A stretch of 63,986 nt of DNA, counting the filler, from Octopus bimaculoides (taxonomy: Eukaryota), in the NCBI RefSeq assembly GCF_001194135.2. It is 4 parts of 4 records of this genome, joined end to end, with 100 filler letters (N's around TTAATTAATTAA, not from the genome) between each part and the next. Parts side by side here need not be neighbours in the genome. Positions count along the whole stretch, not along the records: positions 33,465 to 58,517 come from NC_068997.1; 3 more parts are not named here. The stretch is one strand, 5' to 3'. Below are positions 38,395 through 50,608 of the stretch, in pieces; the stretch's first letter is position 1; each line of letters opens with the position of its first letter. The notes under the pieces are model-generated. The model saw only the letters and a program-made list of their open reading frames with translations, was not told the DNA's origin and did not search any database. The translations under genes were made by a program, and so were the position numbers.

Positions 38395-39012
38395 GTATGT
38401 ATGAATACAATTACGTGCATTGACTGCAACATCAGGGCACTTTACCTTTTATTTCTAGCATTGTAGGTGTTCTAACATCCTCTGTCATATTTAATGACAA
38501 TTATAGTTTTCCTTTTTGGGGATACATTGCTAAACAGCTGCCTAATACGATTATATATACAGGTTGTGTCGTTAACCATCTGGAGAAGGTGTTCCCTTGG
38601 GGTTAAAAAATAGTCGTAATGTCGTACCGTACGCAACAGCCATGTTGAAGTGGCAACAAGTATTACTTATATATATATGTATGCCATTATTCAGTTTATT
38701 TCAAGATTTCTTGCCAGTAGAGAAAGAACCGGTTTCTAACCTAGATCCAAGGCTCCTTCATTGGAATTTCAACATCAACAGAGTTTTTGTCTGTCTGTCT
38801 GTCTGTCTGTATGTATGTATGTATGTATGTATGTATGTGCAGTTTTGTATGTTTTATGCACATGCATGTATGTACGTATGTATGTATATATATATAAAGA
38901 TGGGCTGTAGTTGTGAATGAGTGCATAACCTGTTATGGTGTGTAGTTTGAAGTTACATGTTTAAAGTCATGAAAACTGGTTTAAGTTCCGGTTTTATGTG
39001 TGCTAGGCACAC

Positions 39013-39367
39013 CTGGGCACCAAACTATTAATCCGTTAGTCGATAATTAACAAAGTTAGCATTTTCGTTAACGATTTAACTTTTAAGTTAACTTTAGAAA
39101 TCATTATCGGACTGATTAACTTCCGTTACATTTAACTTCCGTTAAATCAAGTCAACTTGAGTTAGCTTCCGTTAACTTCAATTCAGTTGAAGTTAACAGA
39201 TTTCATAGTTTTGATACATTTAAAAAGTGTTTTCAGAGCAAAAACTGGGTTTTTTTTTCTAGAATAGAAATTAAACGTTAACGGTTTATCGATAACTTCC
39301 GTTACATTTTAAAAGAATCAACTGATTAACAGTTAACGAAGTTAACTTTTCGATTTACGGTGCCCAC
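39013..39367. mobile_element. Putative non-autonomous DNA element with reiterated GTTAAC and CTTCCGTTA motifs
   Basis: Ends tgggcacc and ggtgccca. Four cttccgtta copies and many gttaac/ttaac subterminal repeats. Confidence 0.4.
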
Positions 39368-40214
39368 CTTTGGTGCTGGGTCTCATTATAATCCTGAGTC
39401 TATACTTTATCGTGGTTTGTTGTTGTTGTTGTTGTTGTTGTTGTAATTACCTCTATTGCAGTTTATGATACTGTTTTTGTTGTTGTTTTTGTTGTTGTTA
39501 TAATTGATGTTACATGGCTGTCGTGGTCGTTGTTGTGGTTGTTTTTTCCGTTGCTATTTTTTTCCCCCACTTGTTGTTAAAAATGGCTGCTTGGCACGTT
39601 TGAAGTCGCTGTTGCAGTTGTTTAAACCCAGGTCATACTTGACCAAGCAAATCGATGATCAAAGGCATTCAAATTTATTTCGAAATATGCAGAACTAATC
39701 CAATAATCACATCAACGGTTTTTCTTTTTTCTATTTTCTTTATTTTTTCCCCCTACTCAACACTGCGGTCTGTGATTTGAGAGAGAGAGATTCGGCTGCT
39801 GTTTACAACGAATCAGCCAACCATTTAAAACACTTGTTCTGAAATTGTTTTCGACTACCGCATTTTTTCTTTTACTAACCCAGTTTCAACGATCCTTTGT
39901 CACAATTCGTCCTGTTCTCCTTTTAAAGTATATACACGTAATATCAGGCCAGAGGTATCAAGATTCGGGTACTTCTCCGATACTTCTGACTATAAACCAC
40001 ACATACCACAATACCACTCTACTATATGCGAATTTTTGACACATCACCGCTTGACCGCAGATTTTCATTCGACCTTTAGTACTTGACTTCGACCAAACTC
40101 AGGAAATTATTCGTTGTGTTTTATATATACACCCGTAGCTGTCAAATAGGCATTTGGTGCAAAATGCTCTCTAGTTTATATATCTAGCCATCATGCTATT
40201 AATTCTCGCTTTAA

Positions 40215-40592
40215 TGCGGTGAGCTGGCAGAATGGTTAGCACGCTGGACGAAATGCTTAGCGGTATTTCGCCCGTCGCTACGTTCTGAGTTCAAATTTCG
40301 CGGAGGTCGACTTTGCCTTGCATCCTTTCGGGGTCGATAAATTAAGTACCAGTTACGTACTGGGGTCGATCTAATCGACTGGTCCCCTCTCCGAAAATTT
40401 CTGGCCTTGTGCCTAGAGTAGAAAAAGTATTTCGCCCGTCGCTACGTTCTGAGTTCAAATTCCACCGAAGTCGACTTTGCCTTTCATCCTTTCGGGGTCG
40501 ATAAATTAAGTACCAGTGCATACTGGGGTCGATCTAATTGACTTATCCCCTCACCCACAATTTCAGGCCTTGTGCCTATAGTAGAAAGGATT
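40215..40592 (+). mobile_element. SINE family A, tandem (full plus 5'-truncated copy)
   Basis: The segment gtatttcgcccgtcgctacgttctgagttcaaat...gtagaaa occurs twice. Confidence 0.85.
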
Positions 40593-41157
40593 AATTTAAT
40601 TTCGCTTTGACCTCATGTGGGTTAGATAACAAATCATGAAGATTGACACACCTCTCTCTCGCTCTCTTTCTCTCTCATTCTTACTCCTCTTGTCTCTCTC
40701 TCTCTTCCAAGATACTGGGATGCACTAAAAGTAAGTTGTTATATTAACGAGACTTGATACATTTCCAGTTGACACCATTTGTTTGTTTACCGTATATTAC
40801 AACGGAGGACAGCGCTTTCTCTATCTCTTCTCCGAGTCCGTTTCTTGTTTCACTACACAGCGGTTCATCCATAAGCAACGTAAGGTACACCTAATTTCTA
40901 ATTATACACTACCATTGTTGATACAGCGTCTATCCTTCTCTCGTCACTCTATCCACCCCAACCCTCGACATGCGCATCAAACCTTATGATACTTTCCCTA
41001 TCTCTGTATTTCGTTGAAACACTGATAAGCCGTTTAGTTTGTTTCATGCTGAGTAGAAACAGAAATACATTTTTTTTTTCTTATGAGAAGAAGTTACTTT
41101 TCCTTCGCTTAAATCTTTTCTATTTCCGAGGAAAGGGACGCTGCGAGTGGAAATTTT

Positions 41158-41210
41158 AACTGTTCATGAGTTGAGCATAGAATCGTAAGTCAACGAAACA
41201 CTGGTCAGTT
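41158..41210 (+). ncRNA. Hammerhead-like motif, non-canonical core
   Basis: AACU GUUCAUGA GUUGA...UCAAC GAAAC ACUG GUC AGUU: 4-bp stem I and 5-bp stem II. Confidence 0.4.
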
Positions 41211-41454
41211 TATACAATGTTCCTACTGCCTATAGAAACGGAAAGCAATTTTTATTATTTATTTCTATTTTCTATTTTGGAAGGAAGGAAACGAAGGAAA
41301 AATTGGATATTGAAAAATACTGCTGATCTTGAAATTGTTGTTGTCGTTGTTGGCCTAGATTTTGTTGTTGTTGTTGTTATTGTCGATTCTATTTTAGCTT
41401 TATTCTAGATAGGAGATGACTCAGCAACATCAGACATGTTGTCCGATAAACATC

Positions 41455-41720
41455 ACCACTACCACCACCACCACCACCATTATTACCAGCACCAGCACCA
41501 GCACCATCACCACCACCACCACCACCACCACCACTACCACTATCATCATCAGCACCGACAACAACAACATTACAACCACCGGCCCCAAGCAAGTAACAAA
41601 CCACCAAGCCACCTATGCCAATGCTGCAACCACAACCATACAAAACCTCTCAGCGCTGGCGCAACTACTACTATTACACCACCACAATCAACACCACCAT
41701 CAACTTCCGCATCGTCGTCG

Positions 41721-41764
<44 letters not shown>

Positions 41765-41770
41765 AGCAGC
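41455..41770. repeat. Compound (CAC)/(CAG)/(CAT)/(AAC) trinucleotide tract
   Basis: Directly visible; source of the poly-His/Thr ORFs. Confidence 0.95.
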
Positions 41771-43179
41771 ATCTTATCCATCATCGTAATGATAAGAAAA
41801 ACAACGGCCTCAGGTGTTCAATTGATTAAATGGAACAAAACCATCCATCAAAGATAAAAGTGATTTTTTTGAAACGAATCAAATAAAAAATTAGAAAACA
41901 TGAAGAAAAAACTACAAAAAACAACTACCTCCCCCCCAGCAACCACACCAAATGTTATACACAAACTCTAACAACGGGCACAGACATACATACAAACTTA
42001 TATATTTACACATACATACATACGCATGTGTGTGTGTATGTATGTATGTATTTCATCTGGTGCTTATTTCATGACTGCGGTCATGCTGGGGCATCGCTTT
42101 GAAGAATTTTAGTCGAAGAATCGTCCCTAGTATCTATTTCATTTTTAAAGCCTAGTAGGGGACGAACACAAACACAAGGACAAACACACACATACATATG
42201 GACAAACACACACATACATATGGACAAGCACCCCCCCCCCNNNNNNNNNNNNNNNNNNNNNNNNNNNNNNNNNNNNNNNNNNNNNNNNNNNNNNNNNNNN
42301 NNNNNNNNNNNNNNNNNNNNNNNNNNNNNNNNNNNNNNNNNNNNNNNNNNNNNNNNNNNNNNNNNNNNNNNNNNNNNNNNNNNNNNNNNNNNNNNNNNNN
42401 NNNNNNNNNNNNNNNNNNNNNNNNNNNNNNNNNNNNNNNNNNNNNNNNNNNNNNNNNNNNNNNNNNNNNNNNNNNNNNNNNNNNNNNNNNNNNNNNNNNN
42501 NNNNNNNNNNNNNNNNNNNNNNNNNNNNNNNNNNNNNNNNNNNNNNNNNNNNNNNNNNNNNNNNNNNNNNNNNNNNNNNNNNNNNNNNNNNNNNNNNNNN
42601 NNNNNNNNNNNNNNNNNNNNNNNNNNNNNNNNNNNNNNNNNNNNNNNNNNNNNNNNNNNNNNNNNNNNNNNNNNNNNNNNNNNNNNNNNNNNNNNNNNNN
42701 NNNNNNNNNNNNNNNNNNNNNNNNNNNNNNNNNNNNNNNNNNNNNNNNNNNNNNNNNNNNNNNNNNNNNNNNNNNNNNNNNNNNNNNNNNNNNNNNNNNN
42801 NNNNNNNNNNNNNNNNNNNNNNNNNNNNNNNNNNNNNNNNNNNNNNNNNNNNNNNNNNNNNNNNNNNNNNNNNNNNNNNNNNNNNNNNNNNNNNNNNNNN
42901 NNNNNNNNNNNTATATATATATATATATATATCTAATCAAATAATACATCTGTACATTGTACATATATTTAATAATATAGAGACGCTCGCCTATATTTAT
43001 TATTCCTTCTCAATGTCTCCATTGGATTCCGATTAATCACAATTAGCAAGATGATGACAGTCCTCATTGGCAAGAACAAATTACAAGTTAGAAAAAGAAA
43101 ATACAAAAGAAAACACAACTAGTTGTTGATGCTGATACTCTTTTAGCATTCCACCTATGACCACCACTTCTTTGTGACA

Positions 43180-43650
43180 CAGTGGTTCTCAACCGGGGTC
43201 CATAAATTCCCATGAGTGGGGCATACAATACTGTGCTGGAAAGTTCTTGGCTTTAAGAATCGCGGAAGGCCTGGCTGGCGACCCAAACTTCTAAGTTCTT
43301 TCACAGGACTTAGAAAAATTGAAAAACCGGTGCAATAAGTATGTGAATCTGAGAGGGGAATAGGTTGAATAAAATCATAATTAACTGATTTTACTGTATT
43401 TTCTTTTACCCAAAGCCAGGAACTTTTCAGCACTCCTCGAAGAAGATTTTATGGTTAAAATTCATGAGCTACAATTTGGTTATACATCTGCAATACACAA
43501 AATATTTTGACTATTTTCTACAATTCCTAATAACATTTAATTATGAAAATACAAGATTTTTGAAAATAACGACTGGCTATGCAGTCCCACCCGAGTAAAA
43601 TAGAAATCAAAGGGATCCATAAGAAAAAAGAAATGTTTGAGAAACGTTAG
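43180..43650. mobile_element. hAT/Charlie-like non-autonomous element enclosing the mariner fragment
   Basis: Left end CAGTGGTTCTCAAC-cggggtccat; degenerate right end gggatccat...ttgagaaacg. Confidence 0.4.
43307..43442 (+). mobile_element. 3' end fragment of a second mariner element
   Basis: DLEKLKNRCNKYVNLRGE*VE* matches the mariner C-terminal kL..RW.KCi...GdYvEK. It is followed by a TIR-like end, ccaggaacttttcagcactcctcg. Confidence 0.65.
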
Positions 43651-43677
43651 TCTAGATCTACATTATTTAATTTCTCC

Positions 43678-43905
43678 AAGGTGGTGAGCTGGCAGAATCG
43701 TCAGCACGCGGGGTTAAATGCACAGCGGTATTTCGTCTGCCGCTGTGTTCTGAGTTCAAATTCCACCGAGGTCAACTTTGCCTTTCATCCTTATGGGGAC
43801 GATGAAATAAATACCAGTTACGCTCTGGGGTCGATGTAAACGACTACCTCTCTCCCCTCGCCCCCCCCCCAAATTTTCAAGGCCTTGTGCCCAGAGCAGA
43901 AATAA
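43678..43905 (+). mobile_element. SINE family A
   Basis: aaggtggtgagctggcagaatcgtcagc...ggccttgtgcc. Confidence 0.85.
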
Positions 43906-44160
43906 TTATTTAATTTCTCCTACCCTTAAAAAAAATGTTAGCTGTGATNNNNNNNNNNNNNNNNNNNNNNNNNNNNNNNNNNNNNNNNNNNNNNNNNNNN
44001 NNNNNNNNNNNNNNNNNNNNNNNNNNNNNNNNAAACCGAATATAATGATATGGTGTGTTATATAGGATGAAGTAGAGGATTTTAATATTATAGGCTGGGC
44101 TCTTTATCGTGGATTTTATAAACAATAACTTTTGCGTACATTTCTGAAATTTGTATTACC

Positions 44161-46570
44161 GTGGACAACAAGTTAATTGCTGTCGATTGTTGGGTTTCTT
44201 CTCGTATGTTTCTTCTCGTATGTTTTCTGTCCATCCATAGAGTAAACTTCTCTGGATCAGTAACGTTCCAGTTTATAAGGAAGTGGGGGGGGGGACAGAT
44301 TGAGGAGCGTTTCCAGATCGTAATGAGAGAGGAGGCGAGCGCGACGCGCTATGTCACTCTATCTGGGTAAAACAGACAAGTATGTTTTTCACAGGAGGGA
44401 AGTTCGTTTTTAACAGGAATGAAGTTGAAATTATTGATAAAGAAGATTATTGATTAAGCAGACTATTTCAAGAAAGACCTCTGTCAATAACAACAACTCC
44501 AGCAACAATAGCAACACACTTTTTCAAGTACAACAGACGAGAAAAAGTGTAGAGACAAATAACAACACCGAAGATAAACAAAATGTAAACTGTTCGAAGC
44601 CTTTCATGTGTGACTTGACAGACAATATCGAAGACTATGTTCGACGAAAAAGAAACAACAACGGTGACGACATCAACGAAGAACTGACGAAGAAGCCAGT
44701 TCAAATGCCATCAAAAACACCAGTCTCTCTTTCGCTAGTGTCATCGAGCATCAAGTGTCTTCAAGTGCCTTCGCTAGTGTCTTCAAAGACTAAAATTCTC
44801 TGAGGAAGAAATTACAAAGGCCAGACAGTTGAACGAAATGGACTAATTGTCAAACTCAACATCCCAGTAGATACGATTTAAAATAGGATACGTCGCACAG
44901 TGACGTGCCGTACAATTGGATTGAAGTCGAAAAGAATGGAAAGAGCCACCGAGGCTCAAATTTGAAAGGCATTAGGTTCCGTTTGGAACCTAAAAGAATA
45001 TATACAAAATGGAAGGGGTTATGGAACGGTGGAAGTGAGATCTCAGACACAGGAAGAAGCGAAAACTCATTCAGTAAAATCTCTGAAAAGCGAGGATCTC
45101 TTGTTAGTTCCTTATTACTCCGGCTTGAGAGTGACAAGAATTCACATCCAGCAGGTGCTGCCGGAAATAGCAATTCCTTAACTAATTGCAGCGGTCACGA
45201 TAAACATCGAGGAAAACATAAAAATCCTCGAAGTCTATCAGACCAAAACAGAACTGGTCGGGAATGGGAGTAGAACTCCTCATCCAAACCAATCAGAAAG
45301 ATGTAGATGCCATCCCAGACCAAATACGTCTTCCAGGTGGCATCATCATGCTAGTTAGAATGGAAAGAAGGAAGGTAAAGTGTCACATCTGACTTTCGAC
45401 CACTCATCTAAGAACCTTCTGCCCTCAACTGAAGGAGTAAGAAAAGAGATCCTTTCTTCTTTCAGTATCAAAGAGTCCACCAACAGCCACCAAAGTCCAA
45501 AAAAGCAACGACAGCACCATTACCAACAATTCAAATTGCTGCATCAACAGAAACAACAAAAATTCCAACAGCCGCAGCAGCAGCAACAGCAACAACAACT
45601 ATGAACGCACCAATTCTCACCATACGAACAACAGATTCCTCCAGTCACTTCTCAACTCCTGTAACAAGACATGCCACTTCCCGTTTCCGTGCGGTCAGAC
45701 ATGACGTGAGGCGAGTCTGATCAGGAGGAAGAGTGGAATACAAAAACTAAAAGGAGAAAAGACAGGAAGGAAAACAAATCAACAACTGACAAAGAGAAAA
45801 CTTCATCCACACAAAAAGTGAAAAGGAAAGAAGATAAAAGCCGCGAGGCAAAAAAATACAGCAAATTCATTCTACATCACCACCACTGTCATAAACACAT
45901 GAAGCACTACCACCAACACCACAACCACCAACACCACAACCACCAACACCACAACCACCAACACCACAACCACCAACACCACAAACACAACCCATCCCAC
46001 ATAAACAACAACAATCTCAACAACAAAAACGTATCAGCAACTTCAAAAACAACAACAAACACAAAGTAAAGACACTACCATTACATACTACATGGCAATA
46101 AACACAAAAGACGCAGTTTTCATGAATTACATAAAAACACACACCAACATAACACAACCAGATTTTATAACACCCATAATTTCTATGCTTAGACACTAAC
46201 AAATTACTCGAACGACACAAAACATATACAAACCAACGGAAATCGGTGACTTTTGAGGGAATATCACCAAATGAATACCTAGTGTTCTTTTGGTGGAAAC
46301 ACCCCAATCAAACCGGAGGGACGGACAAAGTGCATCTCCAAAGAAAACCAAGTAAGTTTTCCATATCTCAATAATGTGGACTTGTTCAGAATAGGCAGTC
46401 TGAATGCACGTGGCCTGGGGCCCCTTGGAAGCAGGGTCACCTGCTCAACGACCACAGATCACTGAACGTTGATGGGGCGGCTATTAGTGAGACCTGAATT
46501 TCTGAGCCACAAGACTTCGAGGCGTCTGCATCTGGAAGCAGTAAGTATAGTCGCCGTGCTGTTTCGGAAG
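44161..46570 (+). mobile_element. 5' part of an APE-type (L1/Tx1-like) LINE: decayed ORF1, low-complexity spacer and start of ORF2
   Basis: 46385-46570 reads FRIGSLNARGL..WKQGHLLNDHRSLNVDGAAISET*...VAVLFRK, the APE N-terminal SlNvrGL, D....iqET and GVAil motifs. Upstream there are ORF-like A-rich stretches and a degenerate knuckle-like segment near 45020-45120. Clade and left boundary are uncertain. Confidence 0.6.
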
Positions 46571-46810
46571 TACCTAAAGCTCCACGAGGCTCTGGCAGGG
46601 GATGGTGGCAAACCCTGCTGTACTCTTTCACCACAACTTTCTCTCACTCTTACTCCCTGTTTCTGTTGTACCTATATTTCAAAGTGCCAGCTTTGTCGCA
46701 CACTGTGTCACACTGAATATCCCCAAGAACTACGTTAAGGGTACACGTGTCTGTGGAATGCTCAGCCACTTACACGTTAATTTCACAAGTAAGCTGTTCC
46801 GTTGATCGCT
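46570..46810 (+). mobile_element. SINE family C, 5'-truncated copy interrupting the LINE ORF2
   Basis: acctaaagctcca...gggtacacgtgtctgtgga.tgctcagccac matches 24085-24320. Confidence 0.8.
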
Positions 46811-46837
46811 ACGTGTGCAAGATAAAGAGAAAAAATA

Positions 46838-47047
46838 ATCCTTTCTATTATAGGCACAAGGTTGTGGGTAAGGGGAATAGTCAATTATATCGACCTCAGT
46901 GTTTCACTGGTACTTAATTTATCGACCCCGAAAGGAGGAAAGGCAAAGTCAACCTCGGTGGAATTTGAATTCAGAGCGTAGCAACAGGCGAAATACTGCT
47001 AAGCATTTCGTCCGGCGCGCTAACGATTCTGCCAGCTCGCCGCCTTA
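46838..47047 (-). mobile_element. SINE family A
   Basis: Reverse-complement full copy. Confidence 0.85.
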
Positions 47048-47057
47048 TAAAGGGAGA

Positions 47058-47186
<129 letters not shown>

Positions 47187-47848
47187 CATAATAATAATTC
47201 ACTTCAAAGATTGCTGAAAATGTTCTTCTATTCCAGGTTGATTCCATGTTATTGAGCTAACATAAAGTCACAACAATTTCTCATTACCCTTTAACTGAAT
47301 CACAAAAAATGTTATTCCAATAATCCGAAATCTTGTCTTCTTCAGGCAACTTTAAGAACAGTTGATGAATCTGAAATATTTGTACTTCAAACCGATAACT
47401 CTAAAGTGGTCATATCTGGTATATTGCGGCAAAATAATTGCCTAAGAGCGTATTTTTCAAGGATATTAACTTCTCATGAAGAAAAACAACCTTTAATTGA
47501 AAAGGAAGCCATTATTGAAAGAGTCAGATAGTATCAACATTGGTTAATTGCAAAACGTTTTCAACTATTAATAGAACAAGTTGTTATTATTATTATTTTC
47601 AATAGCAAGAGATTTGCAAAGGTTAAAAATAATAAAACAGGTTCGCTGGAGATTTGAAATTGTCTAAATATAATTATGACATATTGCATCATGTCCGTTA
47701 ATTTTATCACTTTGTGAATTCCTCAAAATTCTCCTTTCAGTAAAGATGATGTCAAGAAATGTGTGCACCTCTTGTAAAGTTTATGCTTGTATTAATTAAC
47801 AGTTTAAGTATATTAAGCATATTAAGTCACACATTTTTATTCGTGCAG

Positions 47849-47920
47849 CTTGACAATAGAAAATGTCTATTGATATCTTGGTGGGGGCGAAAGGGCTCAT
47901 ATATAAAACCTGATTGCATT
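47849..47920 (+). other. Candidate small exon (coding or 5' UTR)
   Basis: Acceptor tttttattcgtgcag| and donor ATT|gtaagt. 72 bp, open only in phase 0 (LDNRKCLLISWWGRKGSYIKPDCI). Confidence 0.25.
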
Positions 47921-47944
47921 GTAAGTCAAAATACATCTACCAGA

Positions 47945-48330
47945 TGCAATGTTTGGGTGCATCGTCAGTATTGTATACTGGAGTTATTGGTTGTTTCGCG
48001 TCGTCTGCACCTTCATTCATACGATCCGACCAAGGCTGAACAAGCTTAATCGGTGTCCAAGCATCAATCTACTGACTTCACTAATCACCAAAGCCATCGA
48101 GGTCCTTCTCAGTTGCCTCTACGTTGTCCTTGACGGTTCTTCTGCTCATTCCTGTAATATTCAAGATTCCACATGCCTTACTCTGGTACGGGTTGCGAGC
48201 CTTCCAATGCCAGCCTCCACTGGTAAGCACTTAGTTGTCAACCAATTCTTGCGCCAATCCTCCTCCGACCTCTGACACTGAGTTCTTTTCCTCTCTTGCA
48301 CCTTCTCCTCCCCCTTTCCCTTGGTTACAG
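47945..48330 (-). mobile_element. 3' fragment of an RLE-type non-LTR retrotransposon (HERO-like), including 3' UTR
   Basis: Minus strand reads WLTTKCLPVEAG, then GILNITGMSRRTVKDNVEATEK, then RWLW across frameshifts (consensus ClPvEVG.RG ... eAaEkasrWLW). Confidence 0.65.
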
Positions 48331-48654
48331 TTAACTGCTACGAGACTAGCCGCCTTGTCTTGGAAACCAAAATAATATTTCTCTTGACAATTTCTTAAGA
48401 TTCATATTTGTAAAGCCATGTGCAAATATCAATAGTTCTATGATAATTAAATTAGTAAACATAAATGACAATTATTTGTGTAAAATTGAAAAAACTGCTT
48501 ATATATATATATATTTACGTAGAATAGCTTTTCATCCTTTCGGAGTCAATAAAATAGTATCAGTCAAATCCTGGGAGCGATGAAATTGATTAAAAACACC
48601 TCTACTCGAAAACTGCTGGCCCTGTGCCAAAATTTGAAACAATATATAGTGAGG

Positions 48655-48850
48655 CAGGGAAAGTTTGTGCCCTAGTCGTTAGGGTATTGCACTCACAATT
48701 GCCAGATCGTGGTTTCGATTCCCAAACCGAGCGGCGCGGTGTGTTCTTGAGCCCGTTACATCAGTCCGCTCAGCTATAAATAGGTCGCCCCTGCTACGGC
48801 ATAGTCTTCCAATCAAAAGGAATGCTGGCCTCCTCGCCAAGCCACAAAGT
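48655..48850 (+). mobile_element. Diverged tRNA-derived SINE head (related copy at about 37848-38035)
   Basis: gccctagtcgttagg (A box) and ggtttcgattccc (B box). Lies immediately 5' of the TRMT10A-like relic. Confidence 0.55.
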
Positions 48851-48869
48851 GGCATCATTCGAAGGCTAA

Positions 48870-49290
48870 TTACAGAGAGCTAATTACTCACTGAACCGAC
48901 TTGCTGAGAACCTACTTCAGCTCTACATTTGTGGATGCAAGGGCAAGACCCAGGAAAGATTAGACAACATTGGTGACAACAGTAGATTGGGTGTGAACTT
49001 CTCTCCTGAAAGTACAGCGAATTGTTTGACAACAACTCTCTTGTTTATTTGTGAATCAGACAATGTCTTAGATGAACATCAAGAAAACAAGGTCCATGTA
49101 ATTGGAGGTCCTGTGGACCAAAATCATTGTAAGGGTCTTTGCTATCGTCTGGCAGTGGAGGCCAACATCTCTCATGCCCAACTCCCCATATCACAGTAAT
49201 TTAGAAACGAAGTCCAGGAAGGTGCTCACGGTGAGCCACATATTTGAGATTCATTCTGCAATATACCAAGACCAGTGCCAAGCGCATTGT
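48870..49290 (+). pseudogene. TRMT10A: Intronless, frameshifted fragment of a TRMT10A-like tRNA m1G9 methyltransferase (SPOUT), probably a processed pseudogene
   Basis: Contiguous translation across frameshifts: YSLNRLAENLLQLYICGCKGKTQERLDNIGD...ESDNVLDEHQENKVHVIGGPVDQNHCKGLCYRLAVEANISHAQLPISQ, then a 1-bp insertion, then LETKSRKVLTVSHIFEI. This matches the Trm10 motifs NRRA.nP.Q, YvIGGlVDHNhhKGL, HAqLP and SRKVLavNHvFEI. Confidence 0.85.
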
Positions 49291-49891
49291 GATCAGCGAT
49301 GTATAACATCACACGAAAATCTGGCCAATACCATAATACCATGATATAGCGAGCCAGCTTGGTGCCTAAATGCGTGGATCTAATTATTACCAATGTTTCC
49401 AAGATCTGATATATTCACATTACGTGTTAAATGCGGCGATTAAGAAAAACAGTTGGATCAACAATCAAAGAAAACGACAAGCGTTTCTCTACGGTAGGCA
49501 TCAACAGTGAAGCTTTGTCATTACTTGTTGGTGCCGGAGTAGCTATCATATTGTATAGAAATGTTCGTAACAGTACGTTGAATTGCTCAGGGAAATGTGA
49601 TTAATTGATGATGTATCATATGTGATAAATTAATTGATATAATAAAGAAGTACCGAATCATTCTGTATGTTCTGTCATACACTCATACGTTAGTCTATGT
49701 GCTTATGCATGAAAGAATGAATGTATTATACACACACACACATACACACACACACATACACACACACACATGTATGCATTTTGTATGTATGTATGTATGT
49801 ATGAATGTACGTGTGTGTGTGTTTGTGTATGTATATAATTATATGCGCATGTTTGTGAGTGTGTATGTATGTATGTGCACATGAATAAACG

Positions 49892-49934
<43 letters not shown>

Positions 49935-50207
49935 GTGTGTTTATACATATATACATGTAGGTGTGTATATGTGTGTATATATTATGCCTCATATGTACAT
50001 ATCTACCTAAATACATACACATAATAGAAACTAGCTACATATCTATGTTTGAACACACACACACACGGGCACACANNNNNNNNNNNNNNNNNNNNNNNNN
50101 NNNNNNNNNNNNNNNNNNNNNNNNNNNNNNNNNNNNNNNNNNNNNNNNNNNNNNNNNNNNNCCTGATTCCCAAATAGAATAAAGAATTAGTCGAGTATAG
50201 AGGCCGG

Positions 50208-50279
50208 TTCCTCCTTCTCCTCCGCTTCCTCCTTCTCCTCCGCTTCCTCCTTCTCCTCCGCTTCCTCCTTCTCCTCCGT
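50208..50279. repeat. 18-bp minisatellite, four copies
   Basis: Unit ttcctccttctcctccgc. Confidence 0.95.
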
Positions 50280-50462
50280 CTTATCATCATCATCATCATC
50301 ATCATCAACGTCATCGTCGTCGACTCCTTGTTACTGTCTTTTTCTTTATACTCTCTTAATTCCTTCCTACACCCGCCTTACTTTATTTCTAAATACATTT
50401 ACGTTTATGAATACACGAAGTCTGAAAGTGACTCTTTTGTGAGAGTGTGTACACCACTATCC

Positions 50463-50530
<68 letters not shown>

Positions 50531-50608
50531 CCATCCATCCATCCATCCATCTAGTTCCCTCTAAAAGTGGCTATACCTGGTCTGTGGGGCTATTTTTGCC
50601 ATACAATC

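Noticed and set aside
47949-48050. MFGCIVSIVYWSYWLF... as an MCT TM1
   Set aside because: Better explained as the antisense of the HERO-like 3' UTR.
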